From the IMG/VR virus record IMGVR_UViG_2910705042_000001: DNA of 48,201 nucleotides; one strand, 5' to 3'. A model generated the notes under the pieces. That model ran no database searches, was not told where the DNA came from, and saw only the letters and a list, made by a program, of their open reading frames with translations. A program made the position numbers and the translations under genes. This document shows positions 28,687 through 36,418 of this stretch, one piece after another. This DNA is from a virus. Numbering within the stretch: the first letter of the stretch is position 1; each line of letters begins with the position of its first letter.

Positions 28687-29442
28687 ATGAGCGCAGTATT
28701 TGACGAGCACGATCACCCTCGCACCCCGCATGGACAGTTCACGACCAAGTCTGGACAGAACACCGCTTCAGGCGTGAGTCTGGCGGGACATGCCGCGTGG
28801 AGTATTGACGACCCCGAGTTTCAGAGGATGAACGGTTCACTGCCTCACCTAGATGGGGCAGAAATCGAGTTCGACAATGGCGAAAAGGCGATCATCCACG
28901 TCCTTTCCTTGCGTGGATCAACATCCACGTACACACACCTGACCGACCTTGAGGGGAACGAGCGTCCGATGTATATCCCGTCCCCACATACCTACCGCAT
29001 TACCTCGTGGGACGGTGACCCGCAGCGGTTGGAGAACGAACTTGAGTACGTGAATCGGCGACAAGAAACCATAAAGGCGGCCCGCGAAGAGGAGCAGCGT
29101 CGGACCGATGTCTTCAACCTTTTCGACGCTCAAGACGAATACTTCGCCGAGTCCATGACCGTTGTCGACGCCAGTGGGTCCGTGCGCATCCCGTACGCCA
29201 ATGCCGATGGGTCGCGCAGTGGATATCTCTTCTACACCCCGGAAGATGGTTCGATCCATGTTCGTCCGGGTTCGGATACGACGTCCCAGCGGTACACACG
29301 TATGAAGAACGTCTGCGAGACCAGCGCATTCGGTGAGGCCGCCCAGACGTATGTGGACGCGCACAAGGACTGCGTTGCGTGCATGAAGAGTTCGCGTGAA
29401 CAAGGCGACCTCCTCGAAGAGACCTACGGACGCCGTTACTAA
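28687..29442 (+). CDS. Tagged protein, LPHLDGA family paralog 1
   Basis: N-tag FDEHDHPRTPHGQFTTK...GVSL; IDDPEFQRMNGSLPHLDGAEIEF; YRITSWDG. Confidence 0.7.
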   Translation: MSAVFDEHDHPRTPHGQFTTKSGQNTASGVSLAGHAAWSIDDPEFQRMNGSLPHLDGAEIEFDNGEKAIIHVLSLRGSTSTYTHLTDLEGNERPMYIPSPHTYRITSWDGDPQRLENELEYVNRRQETIKAAREEEQRRTDVFNLFDAQDEYFAESMTVVDASGSVRIPYANADGSRSGYLFYTPEDGSIHVRPGSDTTSQRYTRMKNVCETSAFGEAAQTYVDAHKDCVACMKSSREQGDLLEETYGRRY

Positions 29443-29458
29443 AGGAAGAAGAACACCC

Positions 29459-30232
29459 ATGACCCATCCCACAGATGCCCGCCGAGAACTGTACCGACGC
29501 CCCACCGGAGAGTTCGGCAACCAGCCGGGAGTCAACGCAGCCTCGAGCGTGAGTCTCGCGCCAGATACGCCACACCTGAACATTGACGAGCCGAGATTCC
29601 AGACGATGACCGGACCCCTGCCCCATCTGGATGGGGCGCGAGTAGAGTTTTCCGATGGACGGTCAGGGACTATCCGAGTGAAGACCCCTCATGGTTATCG
29701 TGCTGCCGCCGCTTACGTGGAAGACGAGTCGGGAGAACGTGTGGAATCCTACATCCCACCGTCCACCACCTACCGGCTCACCTCCTGGGACGGCAGCCAG
29801 GAACGCCTCGACGACGAACTCACACTCATCCGTCTCCGCCAAGACGAGAACGACTCCTACGATGCCATGGATGAGGCGAGAGACCGTGTTGCCGGATGCT
29901 TTTCCGATGAGGACGAGCTCTTCTCGCGAACACCCTATTGCACCGATCGCAGCGGGGTGCCAGAGCTTCGAGTGCCATACTCCAACATCAGATCTCCGCA
30001 AAACTCCGGCGCGCTCTATTACAACCCGCAGACGAAAACCGTGAGAGCAGGGGCACGTGCGAACACGAGGTCTAGGAGAGCGGCGCGTATCAGGAAGCTC
30101 ATGTCGACACCTGAGTTCATGAGTGCCGCAGATGATCTTATGCGTGAGTCCGCGAACTTTCTCGATGCACAGGGCGCCCTCATCGCCCACCAGCTCCATC
30201 TCGAACACGTCTATGGGATGAGGTTCTCATGA
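29459..30232 (+). CDS. Tagged protein, LPHLDGA family paralog 2
   Basis: N-tag RRELYRRPTGEFGNQPGVN...VSL; IDEPRFQTMTGPLPHLDGARVEF. Confidence 0.7.
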   Translation: MTHPTDARRELYRRPTGEFGNQPGVNAASSVSLAPDTPHLNIDEPRFQTMTGPLPHLDGARVEFSDGRSGTIRVKTPHGYRAAAAYVEDESGERVESYIPPSTTYRLTSWDGSQERLDDELTLIRLRQDENDSYDAMDEARDRVAGCFSDEDELFSRTPYCTDRSGVPELRVPYSNIRSPQNSGALYYNPQTKTVRAGARANTRSRRAARIRKLMSTPEFMSAADDLMRESANFLDAQGALIAHQLHLEHVYGMRFS

Positions 30233-30804
30233 GTGGGTCGTTTTCTGAGTCCGAGCATTCACGGGATCCCATGGGCAGGTTCACCTCACGGGCGGGGATT
30301 CGTAACGTCCCGGACGTGAGCCTCACACCGACAGAGCCACGCTTGAGCATTGACGACCCGGAGTTCGCGGCGATGACAGGGCCCCTGCCTCATCTGGATG
30401 GGGCAGTGATTGAGTTCGATGACGGGTTTCGCGCCTATATTGGCACGCAAACCCACTACGTGGAACTCGAGACCGGCTACGTGCCTGAAGAGACCGAATG
30501 CTTCTATCGCGATCAGCGTGGAGAGACGTACAACCTCATTACCCCGTCCAATCATGCGTATCGCATTGTCTCGTGGGACGGGGATGAGCAGCGGTTACAG
30601 GACGAGTTGGCGCTTGTCCACCTGCGCAACCGCCTAGGGGAACTCGCATCTGCCGAGCCGGACAATTATGCCGATCGCATCGCCAACGCTGTCCTTATCA
30701 CGGAGACATCTCGGCTCATCCGCGAGCACCTCACATATGTGGAGACCACCTACGGCAGACGGAGAAAGGATCTGCGTTATGCGTGGGCTGGCTCCCTCGA
30801 CTAG
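30229..30804 (+). CDS. Tagged protein, LPHLDGA family paralog 3
   Basis: N-tag FSESEHSRDPMGRFTS...VSL; IDDPEFAAMTGPLPHLDGAVIEF. Confidence 0.7.
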   Translation: MSGSFSESEHSRDPMGRFTSRAGIRNVPDVSLTPTEPRLSIDDPEFAAMTGPLPHLDGAVIEFDDGFRAYIGTQTHYVELETGYVPEETECFYRDQRGETYNLITPSNHAYRIVSWDGDEQRLQDELALVHLRNRLGELASAEPDNYADRIANAVLITETSRLIREHLTYVETTYGRRRKDLRYAWAGSLD

Positions 30805-30832
30805 TCACATCCACTCGCATAAGGAGACAGAC

Positions 30833-31221
30833 ATGACCAGCGACGCAGCGTCCCGCCGAGAACAGTCTCGACGGCCGACTGGGCAGTTCGGGAAACAGAA
30901 TCGCCCCCATGGGCAGGGAAAGATTGCCCTCGCGCCGTCTATCCCCGAATCGGTGGATCTGACGGGATTTCAGCCCCGGGGAAAGGGTTTGTCAAAACCA
31001 CGGGAGAAGACAACACGGTCAGTGTCGACGTGATGGATGGGCAGGTGGTGGTCTCACATGAGACGTTCAGTCCTAGCGGCTTCCTGTCCGTCAGCTCACT
31101 CATGTTCGATCCAGATGATGGCGTGGGCATCACCCGCGCTATTGACGAGTTTTCTTCCGAGAGCCAGATAGAGCCGCCAGCACACAACTCGATTTCGCGT
31201 GAGCGTGCATGGGGGTTGTGA
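30833..31221 (+). pseudogene. Frameshifted tagged paralog of gene 34112
   Basis: N-tag SRREQSRRPTGQFG; LAPSIPESVDLTGF matches LAPGFPEGVNLTGF of 34112; similarity (MDGQVVVS) continues in another frame after ~30990. Confidence 0.6.
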
Positions 31222-31222
31222 G

Positions 31223-31576
31223 CTAGGCGATCTCTGGGGTGCCGAAAGAGATGCGGTTGCCATGCACCCACCATCCCTGCAACTGGATGGGGGTGTGTAT
31301 CAGGTTATTGTGGGCGGTTCCCATGAGAGGGAGTGGGACGACGGCGCGGTAGGTCCATCCTCGAGTCTTGGCGAAGAATGCGAGAGTGTCCCAGAGGGCA
31401 GGCTCATCCGTGGTAACGAAGTACTCGACGACTCGCAGTCCGGTGACTTTGATGATGCCGATGTGCGCGTCGGTTCCGTCCACACGGAGAGTCTTCATTG
31501 TGACATGCTCGCCTGAGCCTGCCCATGAGCCTCGTGCCGCTTCCATGACTTTGACGAGCGTGGGGTCGTTGGTCAT
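31223..31576 (-). CDS. Hypothetical protein
   Basis: 117 aa; SD AGGAG; minus-strand octamer upstream. Confidence 0.6.
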   Translation of the reverse strand: MTNDPTLVKVMEAARGSWAGSGEHVTMKTLRVDGTDAHIGIIKVTGLRVVEYFVTTDEPALWDTLAFFAKTRGWTYRAVVPLPLMGTAHNNLIHTPIQLQGWWVHGNRISFGTPEIA

Positions 31577-31623
31577 GGTGTCTTCTCCTGTGTTGTGAGG
31601 CGGTTGATATCTCCACTTCTGTT

Positions 31624-31679
31624 GTGTGCGGCTGGGTGGTTGTGGGTTGCCCTTGTGGGTGGGTGTGGGCGCCGCACAC
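31624..31679. promoter_or_regulatory. Divergent pair of CCGCACAC octamers
   Basis: Minus 31624-31631 (AACAGAAGT|G, leadered gene 31576); plus 31672-31679 is 9 nt from ATG 31689. Confidence 0.75.
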
Positions 31680-31688
31680 TACTGGGGT

Positions 31689-32348
31689 ATGAGAACAGCA
31701 TTTGATGAGTCCGACCATCCACGCAGGCCCACTGGAGAGTTCACGACTAAGGCGGGGGTCAACGCACCTGGCGGGCTGAGTCTTGAGAGCCCGTCGCGCT
31801 TCTCATCCGAGGAAGACGAACAGATCCGCCTTGCCCACGACATCATGGTTGATCCGGACGGATACGCCCGGACCCATGACATCCCGACTTTCACAGAGCT
31901 TGGCAGTCACGGATGGGCGAAACTCATCGGCGATACGTACATGTCTGCCGGAGTGAATGGGCGAGAGACTGTCGTTCACATGGGCAATGCGACGATCACA
32001 AGCTTCCAAGGAGATACATCCACCGAACGGGCATACTCGATGCGACTGGGGGATCAGAGCCGGATACGACACACAGAGGATCTCCACAGCACGCTCGACA
32101 CCATTGAGCATTCGGCAGGTGGGGTGAGCGAGCGCTTGACCGTTGATGGTGAGTCATCCATTGTGTTCACGAGCCGACGCGGAGAAGCAGTGTCGCGAAC
32201 GGGAGACGGTACCTACCTTGTCGGTCGTGGCGAAACTCTCAGTCAGTCCGAGGTGGATGAGAGGTTCGGTCCCCAATGTTGCTTCCACTCCTCATTCGAC
32301 GAGGCAACATTCGATGAGAACGCCGAGTTCTTGACTGGCTCGCGATAG
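31689..32348 (+). CDS. Tagged CCFH-family protein
   Basis: N-tag FDESDHPRRPTGEFTTKAGVNAPGGLSL; tail DERFGPQCCFHSSFDEATFD. Confidence 0.7.
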   Translation: MRTAFDESDHPRRPTGEFTTKAGVNAPGGLSLESPSRFSSEEDEQIRLAHDIMVDPDGYARTHDIPTFTELGSHGWAKLIGDTYMSAGVNGRETVVHMGNATITSFQGDTSTERAYSMRLGDQSRIRHTEDLHSTLDTIEHSAGGVSERLTVDGESSIVFTSRRGEAVSRTGDGTYLVGRGETLSQSEVDERFGPQCCFHSSFDEATFDENAEFLTGSR

Positions 32349-32378
32349 GTCTGCCTTGGTAGGTGAGGACACCTCTAC

Positions 32379-32386
32379 CCGCACAC
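32379..32386 (+). promoter_or_regulatory. CCGCACAC octamer (leadered)
   Basis: CCGCACAC-ATAAACAGT|G; SD GAGGAG; GTG 32428. Confidence 0.65.
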
Positions 32387-32427
32387 ATAAACAGTGTCCA
32401 CACACCACCCCATAAGAGGAGAACCTC

Positions 32428-33138
32428 GTGGCAGACAGTATCGAACCCGTACACGTCGACGAAGCCGGATATGAGACCCACCCAGCGTTCGGTGTCGTCA
32501 CAGTTTCTCGGAGTCACGGAGACCGTAGGGCTGTGTTCCAGTCCGACATTGAACACAACGACACGATCCGTCTGCGGGTGTTCCACGCCGACCGCAGGCG
32601 AAACCTCAAACGAGACTGGGTGCATCCGACCCAACGAATCCTTGAAATCGAGATGAGTCTGGCCCAATGGGGTGAGCTCGTCTCTTCCATCGGCATCGGT
32701 TCAGGCGTCCCTGTCACACTTCGGTCCACCGAGTCACGCCACCACATCCCCGAACTCGAGTTCGCACCGCGCGTGGAGGTGTCCTTGTCGGAAGTTGATT
32801 CGGCGGTCGACACTCTCTTGGAAGACATCACCACCTCTCTGACTGATGTGGAAGAGGCCATCGAATCCAAGGCTGGCATCCGGGCGACCCGTGACGCTAT
32901 GCGCAAGCTCCGCTCCTGCGTCGAGAACGCCCGCCCAAACGCCCGCTATGTCGTCACAGCCTTGTCCGAGGCGGCAGAAAAGGTCGTCTCCCAATCCAAG
33001 GCCGACATCGAAGCCACCATTCTTCACGCCTACGGTGCCGTTACCGGAGTGGATACTCCCGCCGCACTGGGTGGTCAGACCCACGACAGTGGACGCCTGA
33101 CCGAAACCCGCACACAAGACTCCCATGAAGACGAATGA
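32428..33138 (+). CDS. Phage/plasmid-type hypothetical protein
   Basis: ETHPAFG...IEMSLAQWGELVSS.G.GSGVPVTL followed by a coiled coil. Confidence 0.65.
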   Translation: MADSIEPVHVDEAGYETHPAFGVVTVSRSHGDRRAVFQSDIEHNDTIRLRVFHADRRRNLKRDWVHPTQRILEIEMSLAQWGELVSSIGIGSGVPVTLRSTESRHHIPELEFAPRVEVSLSEVDSAVDTLLEDITTSLTDVEEAIESKAGIRATRDAMRKLRSCVENARPNARYVVTALSEAAEKVVSQSKADIEATILHAYGAVTGVDTPAALGGQTHDSGRLTETRTQDSHEDE

Positions 33139-33739
33139 TGCGACACAATGCTGCCCCACGAGGTTCAGCGACACTGACCGTGAGCGTTTCGAGATTGTTC
33201 GGAGGGCTGACAGGTATCCGGGCGCGACCCTGCTCGATGAGAATGTGCGCGTGAGTGTCGGGGAGGGTTCGCTCACGTTTGACAAGGATATGGACGCTCA
33301 CCGCCTGCTTGTTGTTCGGGATGCTGAGAAGACCTCGATCACTGTTTCATCGGGAGGGGTGGGTCAGGTTCATCTCGATTCGTTCCACGGAGGGTATCGG
33401 GAGTGGAGCGTCGTGTCTGAAAACGGGATGCTTCGTGCCCACTACGTTCCGCTTGCCTTCGGTGCGGTGGATGTGTGTATCGAGGGTGGTGATGGAAGCG
33501 TGAACCGGAGGAGTGATGCCTTGGGTCCTGCGTGCTACGTGTTCGCAACCGGTCATGTTCTTGTGCGTCGGGGAGAGTCGGACACGTTTGTTGTCGACGA
33601 TCAGGGTTCCGGCAGGAGAGAAATCATCGGTCAGAGTGTGCTTGATGAGCGGTTTGGACCCCAGTGTTGCTTCCACTCCGGGTACGACATCGGTGTCTTT
33701 GATGAGGTTGTGGACTTCTTTGCGAGGGCTGAGCGATGA
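33125..33739 (+). CDS. CCFH-family protein (untagged)
   Basis: Tail DERFGPQCCFHSGYDIGVFD. Confidence 0.7.
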   Translation: MKTNDATQCCPTRFSDTDRERFEIVRRADRYPGATLLDENVRVSVGEGSLTFDKDMDAHRLLVVRDAEKTSITVSSGGVGQVHLDSFHGGYREWSVVSENGMLRAHYVPLAFGAVDVCIEGGDGSVNRRSDALGPACYVFATGHVLVRRGESDTFVVDDQGSGRREIIGQSVLDERFGPQCCFHSGYDIGVFDEVVDFFARAER

Positions 33740-34089
33740 ACATTGTCGTTATGCCTGCCGGGGAGTATTGGCTGACCGACCCGTGCTATGCGATCCCGGA
33801 TGAGGAATGGTCCTCGTGGGTTGAGCGGGCCGAGGCGGGTGGTGATGTCATGTGCGCCCCGGTGCGTGGGCATATGGTCATGGCGTTTGCGACCGCTTAC
33901 GGTGACGGAGTCTATGACGGTGTGCCGGTGGATTCCGGACTCATCGGGCTTGTTCCCACCCGTGTTGCCAGCCGGAGTTTTGTGGGCAGGAGTGTCCTCG
34001 TCCCGGATGGGGAGAGCCTCATCTGTGTCCGCCACGATGACGGGCGTCTGGTCTTTGGCACGATCAGTATCGAGACAGCAACTGAGTAA
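33736..34089 (+). CDS. Hypothetical protein (DPCY...TAYGDG.Y...VDSG.IG; DUF4241-like)
   Basis: Motif pattern; ATGA coupling to the previous gene. Confidence 0.55.
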   Translation: MNIVVMPAGEYWLTDPCYAIPDEEWSSWVERAEAGGDVMCAPVRGHMVMAFATAYGDGVYDGVPVDSGLIGLVPTRVASRSFVGRSVLVPDGESLICVRHDDGRLVFGTISIETATE

Positions 34090-34094
34090 GTGGC

Positions 34095-34102
34095 CCGCAC
34101 AC
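34095..34102 (+). promoter_or_regulatory. CCGCACAC octamer
   Basis: CCGCACAC-TACTAGGGC-ATG (34112). Confidence 0.75.
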
Positions 34103-34111
34103 TACTAGGGC

Positions 34112-34891
34112 ATGAGCATGAACAGTGACGCCGTCGACCGGCGAGAGCAGTATCGTCGCCCGACCGGACAGTTCGGTCATCAGCCGGGTGCGGGGGAGGC
34201 AGCCACTGTCAGTCTTGCCCCGGGGTTCCCAGAAGGGGTCAATCTGACCGGGTTCGCTGTGACGAATGGGCTCGCTTCCTTCCGTGTGGGCGATGACGAA
34301 GAGGTCACTGTGGTGATGGACGGGGAGGAAGTTGTGGTCAGCAAAGTTGTCTACGACGATGAAGGAATCCTCTACACGCAAGACGATGTCATCAACGCGG
34401 GAGATATTGATGGCGTCAACGAGTCTCTTGACCGTTTGACGAAGCGAGCTGACACACCACAGGCACACATCTGGGAAGAAGATGGGTCCACATTCACTCA
34501 GATGCCGGACGGTAGTTTGAGTGAATATCGGGACGGAGTTGTGGTGCGGCGTTGGGTGCTCCGGGATGATGGTGTTCTCCGGGTCGACAATCTCATGGTG
34601 GGGCAGGCATACGCGTCGGGTGCGACGAAAGAAGAGGTTGATGCAGCCCTTTTCCCGTCCACAAACGGACGCCCACAATTCTTCGAGCGCAACGAGATTC
34701 TGGCTGCCCTGGCCGACGGACGACAGATCGCCACCGTGTATGGTCCTGACCGTCCTGAAGTTGCTCAAGAGATCGCCAGATACGTGCAGGGTCTCGAGTA
34801 TCACCCCAATCCCAGTGAAAGAACCTTGCGAGCGATCACCAACGGAAAGCGGTACCTCAACGATGCCTATTACGGCTACGTCATGATCTGA
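34112..34891 (+). CDS. Tagged hypothetical protein
   Basis: N-tag DRREQYRRPTGQFGHQPG...VSL. Confidence 0.7.
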   Translation: MSMNSDAVDRREQYRRPTGQFGHQPGAGEAATVSLAPGFPEGVNLTGFAVTNGLASFRVGDDEEVTVVMDGEEVVVSKVVYDDEGILYTQDDVINAGDIDGVNESLDRLTKRADTPQAHIWEEDGSTFTQMPDGSLSEYRDGVVVRRWVLRDDGVLRVDNLMVGQAYASGATKEEVDAALFPSTNGRPQFFERNEILAALADGRQIATVYGPDRPEVAQEIARYVQGLEYHPNPSERTLRAITNGKRYLNDAYYGYVMI

Positions 34892-34961
34892 GCAGTTCAT
34901 GTCCTACCGGGGGGCTGCCAGAGATGGTGGCTTCCCGGTTGTTTGTGTCTGTGGGTGGCAC

Positions 34962-34969
34962 CCGCACAC
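34962..34969 (+). promoter_or_regulatory. CCGCACAC octamer
   Basis: CCGCACAC-TACTAGGGC-ATG (34979). Confidence 0.75.
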
Positions 34970-34978
34970 TACTAGGGC

Positions 34979-36235
34979 ATGAGCATGAGTGCGAGCGCCA
35001 AGGAGCGCCAAGAACAGTACCGCAAGCCCACTGGTGAATACGGCAACCAGCCGGGAGTCAACGCCCCCGGGGGCGTGTCTTTAGCCCCAGACACGTTGAC
35101 GCGTGATGAGTTTGCCCGCACTCATTCCATCCCAGGACCAGATGAGGACTGGACCCAAGAAGCCCTGACCGGAGGGTTCTCCAAGCAAGGATGGGGACAA
35201 CTCAACCACGCCACACCGATCGCCACCGGGATCACCATATGCGACGGTGAAAGCCATGGCGGCATCAAGCTTTCCCCCGAGCGCAACGCCCACATACCCA
35301 AGTCCCTGCGCACGAGCTCGGGGTGGTATGAGGAAGACTGCGAGTTCCACATTGTCTCCATGTGCTACCCAGAAGAGTTCTCCCGCTCGACGGCATGGAC
35401 GAACAATCGCAGTGCCGATGAGTGGTTTGAAGACTCGAGTGACAGCGTGCGCGGATGGTTCCCCAACCAATGGGAAGAAGCCACCGGTAGAACAATCGCA
35501 CCCGGTGAGTCTCGCCTACGCGACGAGCAGGTGTTCATGGAGGAAACGAAAGACGCTTTCCACCTGCGCACATGCAAGAGTGACGCCGAGAATCCCGGAT
35601 GCCTCATCGCCAGTCTCCGCCGCCCATCCGATGACAAAGGGGTTCTCGCGCGTGTGTCGGAAGAGGCAGATCACAGGTGTTCCCACCTCAAGGCATACGA
35701 CGAGACCTCGCTCGATGTCCTCTCCGAAGCGGTCACCCCAGTTCTGGCCGAGAAGAGGATCTATAAAGGTGCGTCACCCGACTTTTCTCATCTCTCCCCG
35801 TCACGCCGGCACGCGGCGGGAGAGGCCCTGGGCAAGCTGTACCGCTACCCAGAGGGGGTCATGAGCCGGGCAGAGCACATCGCCACACTCCCCGTCACGG
35901 GGCGTGAACACATCGGGCGTGGCTATTACATCGCCTACGATCAGAAAAACGACAATGGAACAACGACGACCCATGTGACGAAGCTGCCCAAGGAGGCGTG
36001 GGAGGCGTACGGGCACATCCCTGAACGGACAGATGTCGTAGATGACGAGCGCATCGCCCAGCGTGGATGGAGCGTTGCCGGGTTCGACAAAGCCCATGCC
36101 GCCTACGTCGCGAGCGCCCGTGAGAATGGATACCTGACGCAGAACGGGCAGGTGTCTAGGGATGCTCCGCAAGAGGCCAAGGATGTGTTTGAGGATCTGA
36201 GGGTTTTCGGTGCTCGGAACTGGTTGAACAGCTGA
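34979..36235 (+). CDS. Tagged protein with DUF7007-like domain
   Basis: N-tag RQEQYRKPTGEYGNQPGVNAPGGVSL; WG...GI...SHGGIKLSPERN...GWYEEDCE. Confidence 0.65.
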   Translation: MSMSASAKERQEQYRKPTGEYGNQPGVNAPGGVSLAPDTLTRDEFARTHSIPGPDEDWTQEALTGGFSKQGWGQLNHATPIATGITICDGESHGGIKLSPERNAHIPKSLRTSSGWYEEDCEFHIVSMCYPEEFSRSTAWTNNRSADEWFEDSSDSVRGWFPNQWEEATGRTIAPGESRLRDEQVFMEETKDAFHLRTCKSDAENPGCLIASLRRPSDDKGVLARVSEEADHRCSHLKAYDETSLDVLSEAVTPVLAEKRIYKGASPDFSHLSPSRRHAAGEALGKLYRYPEGVMSRAEHIATLPVTGREHIGRGYYIAYDQKNDNGTTTTHVTKLPKEAWEAYGHIPERTDVVDDERIAQRGWSVAGFDKAHAAYVASARENGYLTQNGQVSRDAPQEAKDVFEDLRVFGARNWLNS

Positions 36236-36418
36236 CAGGAGGTTGTCATCTTGGCTCAACCACGGAGAACAGTCGCAACCCCGTGGGTCCTGCCGGTGTG
36301 GTGAAGGCTGTATAGGCATTTTCCGGCGTCAACTCGAACCTCTACAAGGTCACGAATATCAAGACGCTTCGTGACAAGTTGGTGTTGCACTAGTTCTGAC
36401 GGAGGAGGCGAGACGGAG

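Noticed and set aside
21593-32325. Diversity-generating retroelement TR/VR pair
   Set aside because: The copies are identical, with no adenine-specific mismatches, and there is no reverse transcriptase in the window.
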